A DNA stretch of 63,765 bases, filler included, from Ministeria vibrans ATCC 50519 (GCA_943704425.1; 5 parts of 5 records of this genome joined end to end with filler, not necessarily neighbours in it), one strand, 5' to 3'. Shown: positions 1-12,926, counted from the whole stretch's first letter. Made by a program: numbers and translations. The notes: generated by a model from the sequence alone, not told the origin.

Positions 1-96
<96 letters not shown>

Positions 97-100
97 ACCA

Positions 101-130
<30 letters not shown>
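1..130. repeat. (CA)n microsatellite at scaffold start
   Basis: Direct CA run. Confidence 0.95.
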
Positions 131-132
<2 letters not shown>

Positions 133-360
133 CCGCAGCTAACACACTCTACTCTTCCTAGACGAGTGTTCCAGCGTGTGCGAATGGGCCGCTTCAACTC
201 AAACAAGCCCCCTGCGTCTCTTCCCTCGGTCTGTAAGCGTCCCGACAACGCACTGTGGTCTAATTCCCACGTTGTACCGCCAAATTCAATTGTATAACTG
301 TCGAGTAAAATAATATTATAGTGAATCAAAATTGCAACAAACTGTAATGGGGGAGTGCAA

Positions 361-3308
361 TCACTTGCGCTTGCGGCGGTTCTTGCGGTTGTCGGCTTCG
401 CCTCCGCCCATGCGCAGCGCCTGCATCTTCTTGAGGATTGGCTGGTACACCTCAGCAACGGCCTTCTGCAGACGGTCCGCAGCGTCGTTGGTGAAGTTGT
501 CGCCAAGGCTCTGCACCTCACTACATGGACGCGTTGGAATAACGTCAGAAACTCAAACATTCACACCACACACAGCACACACACACACACTTACGTGACT
601 GTGTTGTCGACGGTCTCTTGCAGATGCATAACCTCCATCTGCGAGATACCAGCATCGGCTGTGTAGAGAAGAAACCAAGAAAAAAAAAAGTGTTATGACT
701 CGCAATGGCGTTTCAATTCCTTCCTTACGCATCGTCTTAAGAGCGTCGCGCACTTCGTAGAGGAAGGCGTCGAGGTCGTTGCGCGCACGCTGGGCAGCGC
801 GGATCTTCTCGTCAATCTTGTTAAACTTCTCAGCGTCCTGGAGCATCCTCTGGATCTCGTCCGATGAGAGACGGCCACGGTTGTCCGAGATGGTCACGCC
901 CGACGAGCGGCCCTATACAGTAATACAAAATAATAGAGTAAACACAAAATATAATTGAACTGTTTTTTCGTCTTCTTTTTCAACTTACGGAGGCCTCGTC
1001 CTTGGCGGTAACGCTGAGGATGCCGTTAGCGTCGATGGACATGCTGACGGTGAGCTTAGGGACACCACGCTTGCACGGGGGGATTCCGGTTAGCTCGAAT
1101 TGACCGAGGAGATGGTTGTCGGCCGTGTTTGGTCGTTCGCCCTCGAAGATCTTGAAGTCAACCGACGTCTGGAAGTCCTCCATGGTGGTGAAGCCGTCAG
1201 TCTTGACGCAAGGGATGGTCGAGTTGCGCTTGATGATGACGGACATGATGCGGCCCTCGGTCTCAATGCCGATGGAGAGGGGAGTCACGTCGAGGAGCAG
1301 GAGGTCCTTGGTGGCGTCGCTCGACTGGCCAGTGAGGATGGCGCCCTGGACGGCCGCACCGTACGCGACAGCCTCGTCGGGGTTGATCGACTTGCACGGC
1401 TCCTTGCCGTCAAAGAGATCGCGGAGAAGCGACTGGATCTTGGGCACGCGAGTGGAGCCGCCCACGAGGACAACCTCGTCGACTTGCGTCTTCTCGAGCT
1501 TCGAGTCCTTGAGCACCTTGCGCACGGGCTCCATGCACGAAGTGAAGTACTCGGCGCACAGCTGCTCGAACTTGCTGCGAGTAATCTTGCTGTTGAAGTC
1601 CTGGCCGTCGTAGAGCGAGTCGATGGAGATGGACGCCTCGGTGGCGACGGAGAGAGAGCGCTTCGCGCGCTCGCAAGCGGAGCGCAGACGACGGAGCGCG
1701 CGCGCGTTGTCGCTAATGTCAACCTTTTGCTTGAGCTTGAGCTCAGCAACAAAGTGGTTCACCAGCTGGTTGTCGAAGTCTTCGCCACCGAGATGCGAGT
1801 CACCGGCCGTCGCCAGGACGTTGAAGATGCCGCCCTCAATGCGGAGAAGCGACACGTCAAAGGTGCCACCACCGAGATCGAAGATGAGAATGTGCTGCTG
1901 GGCAGCAGTGTTGGCCTTGGCCTTGTCGCCGAGACCGTAGGCGATGGCCGCCGCAGTAGGCTCGTTGATGATGCGAAGAACATCAAGACCGGCAATGGCA
2001 CCGGCGTCCTTGGTCGCCTGCTTCTGCTGGTCGTTAAAGTAGGCCGGAACGGTCACAACGGCCTTCTTGACGGCGTGGCCCAGGTAAGCCTCGGCGGTAC
2101 GCTGTAAACAACAGGAAGCATCAGTTTGATGTTGTTGGAAAGAAGAACAACTATAAATGTGTTTTTTTTACCTTCATCTCGAGGAGAACCATGGAGCTAA
2201 TCTCTTCGGGCGAGTAGAGCTTGGACTCGTCACCATTGTCGATCTTGATCGAGGGACGGTCCGAGCCGGTCTCGACAACCTGGAAGGGCCACACTGCAAA
2301 AGCAAAATAGGACAATCAGGAGATGGCTTGGCAAGAGACAAAGCAAAAACAGCATCGTACGGGAAATGTCCTTGGTGACAGTGCTGTCGGAAAAGTTGCG
2401 TCCAATGAGACGCTTGGCGTCGAAGACGGTGTTCTTCGGGTTGCTGGCAGCCTGCTGCTTGGCGGGCTCACCGATGAGGCGCTCAGAGGGCTTGCCATCC
2501 TCGCTGGGGAGGAAAGCAACTGAAAAAAAAAGAAGGGGGGGGGAGTCGTGTCAAAAAAAACTTCATCCCATTACACGTGTAAAGACAAAAGCAACAAATT
2601 CCGTTGCACTTTGCCAGAAACTAGTACAATAAAAGGATTTGGTGACGTTTGAAACAAAAGGTTTCAGGCAAAACAAACGGCCCAAGTGTCAAACGACAAA
2701 CGAAAAAAAAAGTTGAGTTTGGGAAAAAAAACGCAAAAGCGTGGACAGACAAAAGCGATGCGGGACGCCACCGGTTCGCTACCACAGCGTGTGTACACAA
2801 GCGTGTGTGCAAATGAGAAGAATAGAGACCCACAAGAAAGTTGTGCAGTGGGTGGAGCGCGCAAAGGGAGCAGAAAAAAAAAAGTCGCGTGGAACGCCAA
2901 AGCGACAATTAGCAAGAAGCAATGCGCATGCTATCTGTCCCAGTGCCACTGGTGTTGCACTAAGTTATGAGTGCTTCAAAAGGCGCGGCTCCAGAGCCAC
3001 TACAGTGGGCTGGGTCGAGAGGAACAGTCGATCGACAAAAAAAAAAAAAAAAAAAAAAAAACGGGACAAGGACCACGAGGCAGACTTACCGTATGAGGGG
3101 GTCGTTCTCGCGCCGACAGAGTTGGCGATGACCTCAACCTAGAGTGTGGGTGGCAACAGGATAAGAAAGGGCCGCTTGCTTGGCGAGATGTCGGCAAGGC
3201 TTTCGAAGCGTGTACCTTTCCGTGCTGGAAGACAGCGACGCAGCTGTAGGTGGTACCGAGATCGATACCGATGCAGACGTCCTCGTTCTTGACAGTTTCT
3301 TCAGACAT
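361..3308 (-). CDS. Cytosolic Hsp70, Ssb-like (no EEVD); about 8 exons
   Basis: [32 protein letters not shown] and [12 protein letters not shown] motifs. Manual splicing gives C-terminus ...[25 protein letters not shown] with stop at 361-363. Confidence 0.93.
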
Positions 3309-3488
3309 ATTTACGATGAATCAATAAAAAGAGTGACTAGAAATTCTTATTTTCAGTTCTGGATTAATTCTACTTTACTAGATTGATCATTGACCATGAT
3401 ACCCACCTCATTCACTGTCACTCGGCCATTTCTTCATTTTCGCTGGAGGAATATATCGAGGAGAGTAAAATTAAAGAAGAAAGACTGA

Positions 3489-5016
3489 TTACATGTGTAC
3501 AAGGGGGGTCTTGTGTTGCAGGTGAGCAATGAAAAAGACAATGTCTTTGTTGTCATTGCGACAGACAGTGACGAGAGCACGGCAGACGGGGGGTGGATCG
3601 GTCGACTTGACAGAGGCAAGCAACCAAGTGGACTCGTACGACTCAATGCCAAGGATTTCGGCGCCCGTCTCCATCAGCATCATGCCGGGGACACTGGGGG
3701 GAGCAAGAAGGTCGTAGACATAAAGACGGTCGGCGGGAGGATGAAGAGGCGCAACGAGCGGTGAGAAGCGCAGAAGACGTTGCAGAGGCTTGCCAATAAG
3801 AAGAAGGGCACCAAGGCTGTCCCAGGCGCAGCAGCAGTCGTTGGCATACCGCTTGAGAGCACTGTCGCGAGCAGAGGAGACGAGAGGCTCGGCGCGCGGA
3901 GTGTACTCGTCGAGGGGCACGCGCGACATGCTCGTCTGCTCATAGCGATCCCACAGCGCCTTGAGCTTAAATCGCTGCAAAATGAGAGTCTCGGACGCAG
4001 TTGAGTCGTCGACACCCCCCCCAAGTACTCCCACGATGGTCTGAGAGGCCTGCTGGAGCTCAGGAAAGAGCGCGTGCTGCGGAAAGCTCGTGCTGGTCCA
4101 TTCACCCATCACAGCCCACACATGACCAGAGGCTGAAACAGAAAAACAGTATATAAATAATGTGTGTGGGCGTGTGACTACGTGTAGTTACGTCGTGTAT
4201 GTCGTGGTATGACGATAAGATCACGGTCCCGCGAGCGCAAGTCGGAAATGTGGGCAAGACAAGTTGAGTTCTGCACAAAGCCTACACAACAATATTAGAT
4301 CATATGCGTGCGGTTTGCTAGGAATGGTTGATTACCTTCGGTGTCATACATGTCGTCGTCGTAAAGGGGAGGAACGCTGGTGGCAGAGAGGGTTGCGAGA
4401 GAGGACATGCTGGCGTTGCCAAGACGGGAGAGAAGAGAAGAGTGTGCAACGGGGACCATATGCATGGGAGATGCAGCTGCAGGGGTGGCACCGGCGGTGG
4501 TTGAAAGGGTGTCTGAGGTGCGAGGGCTATGAGGGTGGCCTGGAGTGGTGGTGCTGAAGTCAAAGTGGACAGAGCGGAGTCGCAGATCATGGGCACCGAG
4601 TTCACCGCCACTGGTGCTGCCGGGCATAGTAGTGGTGGTAGTCGTAGTAGTGGTGGTGCCGGCGGAGGCGGTGCGTTTGCGTGGAGAGGGTTTAGCGCGA
4701 CGCAGAGCAGGAGCATTGGAGGGGGAAGAGTCGGAGGAGGGACGCTTGCGGGATGGCTGTGGTAGTGGAAGGGAAAGAGGGGGAGGGGTGACGGGGGTGC
4801 TGAAGGGAAGAGAGGAAGAGAACGACGAGGATGAGGGGAGCTCAGAGCTGGCTGTCGATGGCTGTGGCTGTGACTGTGGCTGCGACTGATGTTGTTGCTG
4901 TTGGGAGTGAAAGGCGGAGGAGGGGGTGGAATTGGGCTGTTGTAGAGGGAGAAGAACTTGCTGGTAGAAGTTGGAGAGGGACGACCCAAGTGGAGGACCC
5001 AATGAGGAGAGGAAGG

Positions 5017-5054
<38 letters not shown>

Positions 5055-6710
5055 GATTGCTGTTGCGACTGCTGTTGTTGGGGAAGAAAGGACGATTGGT
5101 GCTGCAGTAGAAATAGCTGTTGTTGAAGTGAGTGGGTGGATTGCTGCTGCTGCTGTTGCTGAAGAAATTGCTGTGGGGTCCAGGCGGAGGAGGAGTCCGG
5201 CGCAGTGTTGTCAAACCGAGTATGCTCATGTTGCGGCTGTTGGTGGGTTTGTTGTTGCACTCCAGACACAGGTGTGTTGTCGTTGTCAGAGGTCGCAGCA
5301 GCAGCAGCAGCGGCAGCGGCAGCGGCAGCAATGTCGCGCTGACGCATTGTCTGTTGTGCCCTCTCGCGACGTTGCTGTCGACGTGCCATCTCCTTCTCCT
5401 TCTGCTGAACTTTGAGTGCCTCCTGCTTTTGTTTGCGCTCCAGTACATTTTGATGTCGTTTTTTCTGATCGGCTGAGCGAGATGTGACCTGTGGCTCGGC
5501 GACTGGCGCAACTCTCTTCTTGCGCTTGGGCACACTCGCACTCTTCTTGGGTGCGGCAGCCTTCAAGACGCCCATAGAGTGACTCTCTTCTTCCGTCTGG
5601 TGTTCCAATTGGTGTAGCAACAAATCTACGTGCATCTGTGCCGTACGACGGTGCCCTGCTTCCTTGTTCCATGACGGCTGAGCAATTGACGCTCCTTCTT
5701 CTTCTGTCTCGCCTTCTGCCGTCATCGCTGCTGTTGTCGCCAATGCTGCTGTTGTTGTTGTTGTTGCTGCTGTTGCTGCTGTTGTTGTTGTTGTTGTTGA
5801 TGTTATCGCTGCTGCTGTTGGTGTTGCTGTTATTGCTGTTGAGGCTGCTACGGCCGAGGCGGAGACTGGCGCAGACGTGGATATTGCCGTTTGTGACGGT
5901 ACAAGCGTCGCTGACTCGGAAGCGCCCAGCACAGAAGCGAGTCCCAACGGTACGACAAAAGCGTCGTCTTTAGCCGTGCCGTCCATGTCGTTTCCCGCAC
6001 CGCCCTCCAACCTGTCGTCGCAAGACCCGCTCGGATCGACATGCTTCTCGCGTGCGTTATCCGCAAACCCTAAAGAAGAGTATAATAGCATAAAAAAATT
6101 TAAAAGTTACGTTTACGACGGAAGTCCTTTGCAAAACCCACTTTCATCCCAGAGATATACAATAATTATGCTGAAACGCTAGATACGAGGCGGTCCGGAA
6201 GAGAAAGTAGTGCGCTGAGTGAACCTCTGAGCGAACAATCAACACACACAAAAAAAAGGGTTGTTGGGAGATTGACGGAGAGGACGAAAGACGCGGGGGT
6301 TGGCACATGGGTGGATGCCGTGAAGAAAAATCGGACGCTTCCATGGAAATGCGAGGCAGTTGGAGCGCGAAGACAGCCGCAAAGGTCCGATGAGTGAAAA
6401 CAGGACAAAAGAGAAGAAGAAAAAAAAAAAAAAAAAAAAAAAAAAAAGGAAAAGAAGTGAGTGTGGACATACCGGATTGGTCGCAAGAGAGAGCAGGGTC
6501 GGCAGTGGGGTCAACAGAGCCCTTGCGCGGGCGGCCGCGGCGGCGCAGGGGCAGTGTGGCGCACTCCTGCGTCAACCCCACCCGGACGCACCGCAGACAC
6601 GGCCGGGCCCCGTCACACGCACGGTGCGCATTCTTGCACACGGAGCAGGCAGACGGCGAGGGGCTTGCGGCGCCACAAGCGCCCTCTTCGGCGTGAGCTC
6701 CATTGTGCAT
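3489..6710 (-). CDS. Zn(II)2Cys6 transcription factor with AT-hook, Q/S-rich linker and C-terminal PAS-like domain (Ert1/Rds2/AcuK-like)
   Basis: ACSVCKNAHRACDGARPCLRCVRVGLTQEC followed by RRRGRPRK. Phase-1 GT..AG introns (about 6472-6070 and 4335-4133) join ORFs 6144..6710, 4295..6091 and 3489..4121 in frame. Confidence 0.72.
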
Positions 6711-6951
6711 CTTCTCCTTCTCACTGTGCTGACTCCAGTCCAGCGAAAATCAGTCCCCGCTGCGTGGCGTGCGTGGCTGTCAGTCCTGAAGACTTTTTTC
6801 GTTCCAAAGGGAAAGGGTGTTGAGTCAATTTTGATTGTTGAATGACTGAATCTTCTCAATGTGTTGACCGACTGTATTAATTTATTTTTTATTCAATAAT
6901 CAATACAAAATCTGAAAATCAGTGAGTTATCACTCAAAAATCAAAATTATC

Positions 6952-8307
6952 ATGCTGTTTGGTAGTGGAAGATGGGCGTCTGCACTGGCTGCAGCCTCGT
7001 CAGCGACTGGATATGTGCCAACGTTGGCTTCGGCACGAGAATTGCTTGGAAAAGACGTCAGGAATTGAAACATTTCAAGTCGACACACTGACATGATCGG
7101 CGCTTAGGTCATCGGGCTGTTTGCGCGTGTCCGCAGTGCGTCGCACCCCCATCTGAGTGCGGTCGTGGGCCGGGTGCATGGCCAAATGCAATACAGACCG
7201 CGTGGGCAGGCGCTCCTTCTCGCGGCGGCCGCAGCCCTTCCAGAGCAGCGAGGGAAACCAAGTGCGTCGGCGTGTCAGCACACTCTCACTCTCGCTCATC
7301 CCCCCCCCTTTCCCCCTTCGCCCTTTTTCTCTCTTAGGCGCGCGCTTACGATCCCTTGCAGATCTTGTTGAGGTGGTCTATGCAGCAACACTGATTCACG
7401 ATGGACTCGCAGAAATCGATCGCCTCGAAGCAGGCGACACCAAAGACGGTATGTGTGTGCAACGCTCCATCTGTTTCAGACACCCAACTGTAACACTCAC
7501 CCCTTTACTTAGCGACCATTGATGCAAACAAGTTGTCAGTGCTGACAGGCGACTTGCTCCTGGCGCACGCTTCGAACCGGCTGGCATCGCTGCACCACGC
7601 ACCGACCGTGGCACACATTTCAAGTGCGATTGCCGACACGGTTGAGGGACGCTTTATGCGCCTAAACACAGGCGCACTGGACGCCACTATGGCGTTGTGT
7701 GAGCGTGCCATGGAGAAACGCACTGTCTCTTTGCTACAACACGCGTGCTCGGCGGGCGTCGAGCTTGCGTACGCAGAAGCCGCCCTGGGCACACCGCAGC
7801 CCAACGTGCTCGCCTCCATTGTCGAGTATGCCAGTTGTCTGGGACGTATTCTCGACCTCAAGGAGGATCTCGCTCGCTTCACACGCCCCTTTGACACCAT
7901 AGCGGCGACCAACACTGCACCAGCTTGCGGCAGCACCCAAGAAGAAGTGTTTGCCACATTGCCATACTATGCCCCTCAACTTTCGGTCGCAGTTACTCTT
8001 GCCTGCGAGTCCTCCTCCGCCACCCAATCGCTCTTTGCCGACCCGCATCCCAACCAAAAGCAAGTAAGTTTTCTTCCTCCCTTCCCAACAAACCAAGTGA
8101 GAAAATGCTCTGATTGTGTTGGCTCTTCTGCGCAAATAGCTGTACGCTGCTGTGCGCTCGAGTGTTGCGCCTGAGCGCATTGCTCAGCTGTGCCAGGGAC
8201 ACGCCTCAAAGGCCGTCGATGCACTCGCTGCCTTTCCGCCGTCGCGCGCTCTCAGTGCCATGACTGAGCTGGTGCGTGCTGCTGCTGACAAGACGGACGC
8301 AGAGTAG
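6952..8307 (+). CDS. PDSS2: Polyprenyl-diphosphate synthase subunit 2 (PDSS2/Dlp1-like, DDxxD-less)
   Basis: Spliced RSLADLVEVVYAATLIHDGL...NKLSVLTGDLLLAHASNRLASL...SLLQHACSAGVELA matches the trans-prenyltransferase fold without Asp-rich motifs. N-terminus looks like a mitochondrial presequence. Confidence 0.72.
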
Positions 8308-8372
8308 TCGTATGATAATTGGAATGAAGAGAGATCTGATTTGTATGTTGTAAAGATACATAAACGTAAATG

Positions 8373-11300
8373 TTAGGCAACGGTGAAAGTATCTTCGCTG
8401 TCGTGCTGGTGTAACTCTCTGCGGCCCACAATAGGCGCAGAAGGGGAGTCGATGGGCGGAAGAGGGGTGCGACCCACGCTGGTGGTGGAGGAGGAAGGGA
8501 TGGCGGCAGCGAGGCGCGCCATGACGTGCTGTGGCGCACTCGTGTATTCCGTGTACTCGGGCGAAGCAAAGTAGTGTGGCACAAGGTACTTCTCGTGGCG
8601 CAGTAGACATGATTCTGCGTCTTGCTGTCGCACAATAGCGTCTCGCTCGCGTTTGCGAGCGACTTCAGCTTGCTCCTTTGCCTCTTGCGCTTCAAATTGT
8701 CGCTGTCGCTCAGAACGCATCTGCTGCACTTGCGCAAACTGCTCAGCCGCCCTGGCAATCTCGTGACCAATAGCATCGAGTGATGCACCACTAGACTGTG
8801 GTTGTTGCTGTTGCTGGTGGTGTGCGTGCTGTTTGCACCAATCAGTGTACTTGTCGTAGGCTAAACTGGCGTGAGTGCGTGCTGCGTCGCTGATGGGAGC
8901 CCGTTGGATGTGCTCGTGGTACACGACGGTCGCCTGTGGACGTGCACTCGCGGCCTGCTCAACCGTATCGCGACTGCGCAGTGCGGAGGGCAGCAGGGAG
9001 GGCAGTCGTCCACTTACTGCTGTTGCCGGTGTGGTGAGGGTGTGGAAGGAGATGTGTGCTTCGCTGTCGTCGCTGAGCTGCGTCGTGTTGCTTGACGTCG
9101 CGATGGACCCTGTCGACGTCGGTGGTGGTGCGGAAGTCCACTCTTCGCCGCCCAAACCATCGTCGCGCACCACAAACAGAAGGGGAGCTAGTGGGTCAAT
9201 GTTTGTTCCTGCCTTTGTGTCGATACGACCGTCACGCGCGGTCACATTGTCAGTATGAGAGATGCACATCGGGAGAGGATTGCATGAGAAGGTGAACTGG
9301 TCCTTGTGCGGGAACAACAGCTGTGCCGAGGACGCACTGAAGTCAATCGAGAGCGCCACTGGCGCCTGCTCAACATGCACCATCGGAGAGGCTCCGCAAG
9401 TGTACACGACAGTGATGCCATTGGCAGAAGAATGCACACGCGCAACAGAGCTGTCGTCGGCTACGGTGCAGACACAGTCGAGTGTGGGACTCTCGAGTTG
9501 GGTGTACTCTGTGCCCGAGCGACTAAGACGCACTCCGTCGCTGTACTCGGCACTGACAGCAACACCGTCGCGCTGCACCACAGTCGTGCCATCGACGCGG
9601 TACACGACCGTCTGCGAACCCACATGCATCACCACCCTCTGTAGCAGCTTGCCTTCTGTTTCTGGCAAGGGCTCCTCCTCCGCCAGGCGATGTGCCTCGA
9701 CACGCGCTTCGTCTGCACATGCACGTTCCACCGCAGTCCAGTCCACTGTGTGTGTGGAACTTGAGGACGATTGTACAGTGGCACTCACAGTCGTACTGCG
9801 TCGCGGACGCCGGTTCTTTGTCGCACTTGGTACTACTGGTGGTGCTGGGGTCGACTGAGTCTGCGTTGCAGCTGCTGCTGCTGCTGTTACTGCATCGGTG
9901 GCGACGGCGACAGCACTGAATTGCTCTTGGCGCGCCTGCTCAAGACGACGCTCGAGAACACTTGGGTACAGCTGATCGGCGCGGGTCAAGCGAAAGTGCG
10001 CCACCTCGTCGCTTGTCCAGGCTTTGCGGTGCACGCCCTCCGCATCCGTGTACGACTCAGCGCCCGTCTGCACGTCGCGGCTAAAGATGCGTCCATGGTA
10101 GTCGCGCACTGTGATTGCAACGGGAGTGTGCTGCACCAAGAGACCGCCAGGCAGAAACACAAAAGGATGGGACTCGGCGAGCACAGTGAGAGAGCCATCG
10201 CGTGCAAGACGCACAGGAGTGGTGGTGTCAGGGGTAGACACAGTGAGGGTGTGCGAGAGAAGGCAAGCGCAGATATGGGTGCCGTCGAGGAAGGCGGAGA
10301 AGGTAAGTGAGGCGGGAGGTGACTGTGAGTGCGGTGCAACGTTGGTGGAGAATGACTGGACGCGACGGTCAAGCGAGAAGCGATGTATCGCGTGGAAGTC
10401 AGAAGTGGTGTCGAGGGACACGCGAGAACACAGCGAGCCCCACTGCGACTGTGACGTGCGTGATTGCAACAAGAGACAGTTGGCAGCGTGACCGACGGGA
10501 ACAGAGCGCGACTCGGTCTGCCTCTGGTGCACAATCACATCACATAGATCGTATGTACGCGTCGCACTGACTCGCTGCGACTGCACTTGTTGCCATCGAA
10601 GATGGTTTCTGAGTTGAAGTGGAGTTGCCAAGTGCATAGTAGAGGAGTGCGATGTCTCCGTTGTGGGCTGCTCGTGGAGGGCAACCAGTGTGGCACTGAG
10701 AGAGGGCGAGCGAGCAGTGAGGACACGTGGATGGGTGGTGGACTGGGCGCAAGCCATGCGACGCAAGAGGGCAGCTGGAGAGCCACGGTAGACGGTAGCG
10801 TAGAGAGCACCGCTGTCGAGCATGGCGCGAGGCACATCCAGATGCTGTTCGAAGGTTAGTGCGTTGAGAATGTGGGGATAGTTGTGGACGCTGGAGCTGG
10901 AGTGAGGCTGTGCGTTGATAAAGTGGCGCAGTTGGTAGTGTCGCATGCGCTCGTTGGGCGCTGGGGCGAGCGAGAAGCGAGCAAAAAGAGCGCGCACAAT
11001 GAGGTCGCGGTGAAGACGCAAGATGTGTGCTGGCGCAACGTGAAGGTGCTGCTTGTGACGGGCGAGCAACAGTGCCGTGGAGTCGGTGCCTGAGATGAAC
11101 GTGAGGTCGTTGTCATCTGTGTCAGCGTGGTCCGTGCTAGAGTGCACGTTGAGTGAACTGGCAGTAGCGTCAAGGACAAGTGAAACGGCTGCTGAAGGAG
11201 ATGCGTGTGTGGGAGATAAAGAGGAGAAAGACGCAGAATGGTGAGCGGGAAAGCCGCTGGGGGCATTGCAGACGGAGTTTTGCTCGACGTGAGTGAGAAT

Positions 11301-12436
11301 GGCAGCAAGCACGTGTGCTGCTGTGGTGGCTTGAAGAGGAATGTTTTCGAGTGTTTTGATGTAAGTGGTAGCGGGAATGCGGGAAGCACTGGGGAGTGAG
11401 CCAACCGCGATGGGAGGACACGACTGAGCGATGAGACGACGCTCTATGTCGGCGCGACATGTGGCGTAAATGGGCTTGACAACTTGATCGAAAAAGCGCA
11501 GGTCGGCATCAGGAGCAGAGAGGGTCGCTTTAGAGGGAATGGCGTCGAGAACAAGGATGTTCCAGAGGGACGGTGTGCTGCCTGGGGTGTCTTGAGCAGC
11601 GAGTTGCTCGAGCAAATCGATCTTGCGCTGCCACTCTGTGGCAGACTTGGCATTTGTGTCGTCACCGTTGCCGTCGACAGCATCTTTGGTGCTGGTGCCA
11701 TGAGACACCGTCACAACTACTGCATCTACTGAAATGTCGTTCACAACCAGCGCTTGCAGTGCCTCGACCGAGTCAAAGCCTTCGAGCAAAATGTAGAGAT
11801 CCGGACCGTCGGCGGGCCAGTCTTGACGAGCACGCACGTCAATCAGAGATCGTCTCCCGCGTAAAATGGTAGGAGGTGGAGGCGCGCGTTGTTTAGATGA
11901 TGTTTCTTCCTTGGACTTCCACGCATTGCAGGGCAGAAACCCCGGAGGCGCGCTCGCTTTGTTGTTGATGTTGTTGCCTTTCGACTTCTTTCTTGCTGTA
12001 CCCACTGCCCTTGACGGCTCTGCTAACGACTGTTGTGATGGCTTTGACTGCGACGGCTCGGCAAGACGCTGTGTGACATCATCAAGGCTCAGTTTGAGCA
12101 ATTTGGCGATAGTGTCGTGAGAAATGAGACCATCGGTTTTCGAGTGTTCCTCACGAGCGAGAGCACAGATGTCATTTGCTGGCTTTTTGTCTCTGAGCGC
12201 CTGGAGGAAGAGCAAAAAATTACATGAAAAGTAGCAATGGAGAGAGGGGAGAGGGAGGAGGCGAATAGATGGTAAGAGAGATGGTTGTCAAGGGCAACGG
12301 TACGTACGAAGGCGACGAGAGCACTGTGAGAGGCAAGAACAAACCTCTCGCGGATATTGTTGGAAACTGCTTTGCCAAGTAGCTCGTGGCCAGGCCAAAG
12401 GGCAGCGACGTAGACGCGTGGAAGGGAATGAGTCAT
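8373..12436 (-). CDS. SPAG17: Flagellar central-pair protein SPAG17/PF6-like
   Basis: WPADGPDLYILLEGF (cf. EPDDGAQYYIIVVGF), VYRVDGTTVV...EYSDGVRL, PLLFVVRDDGLG and LVPHYFAS match recalled SPAG17 blocks in order. 1280-aa exon plus a short first exon. Confidence 0.68.
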
Positions 12437-12459
12437 GCAAAGGAATAATTTTTATAACG

Positions 12460-12883
12460 AATAGAATCAAGAGCTGTACTCAATGACAGGCAATGTCAAA
12501 ACAAGACAATATACAAAACAAAGAGCAGCACAATACTTCCGCTGTTCCGCTGTAGTCTGTAGACTTCCAAACAAAAATGTCCCGAAAGAAGCCCATAGAC
12601 CCACTGTATTATTCTTAAGAGTATTCATATTTGGGTTCTATTCAAAATCCATCGATTTTTCAGCATCTATAAAAATCCCCCATATTTCAAAATCCATCCC
12701 CATCTATTCAAAATCCTCCATCTTATTTGCAGCTGCCGAGGAAGCCCACGGCCTCGTCGACGTGTTAGATGATAATCTCGTCAAAATGAACACGACTTTA
12801 AAAGATTTTTTAATTTTTTTAATTATTATTATTATTAATGAAAGAGAACAAAAGCGATGATGTACAGCTCTCGACTCTCTATT
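12460..12883. mobile_element. MITE-like element, about 420 bp, with about 25-bp imperfect TIRs
   Basis: Left end ATAGAATCAAGAGCTGTACTCA, right end TGATGTACAGCTCTCGACTCTCTATT. The left 70 bp recur at 20996-21066 and 48964-49035. Confidence 0.55.
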
Positions 12884-12926
12884 AAATAAATATCGTATTA
12901 AAAATAATACACGACGTCATTAACGT

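Noticed and set aside
691-712. Possible GC-AG intron in Hsp70
   Set aside because: A canonical GTAAGG donor about 20 nt upstream gives the correct phase.
1100-2107. 335-aa antisense ORF over Hsp70
   Set aside because: Well-known shadow ORF caused by codon bias on the opposite strand.
2939-3014. Hammerhead ribozyme, TPP riboswitch or tRNA interpretation of the intron structure
   Set aside because: Lacks the CUGANGA/GAAA, CUGAGA and T-loop consensus sequences.
4200-4335. Possible stop-codon readthrough or alternative nuclear code
   Set aside because: A single phase-1 intron skips the TGA, and other genes end in normal TAA/TAG/TGA.
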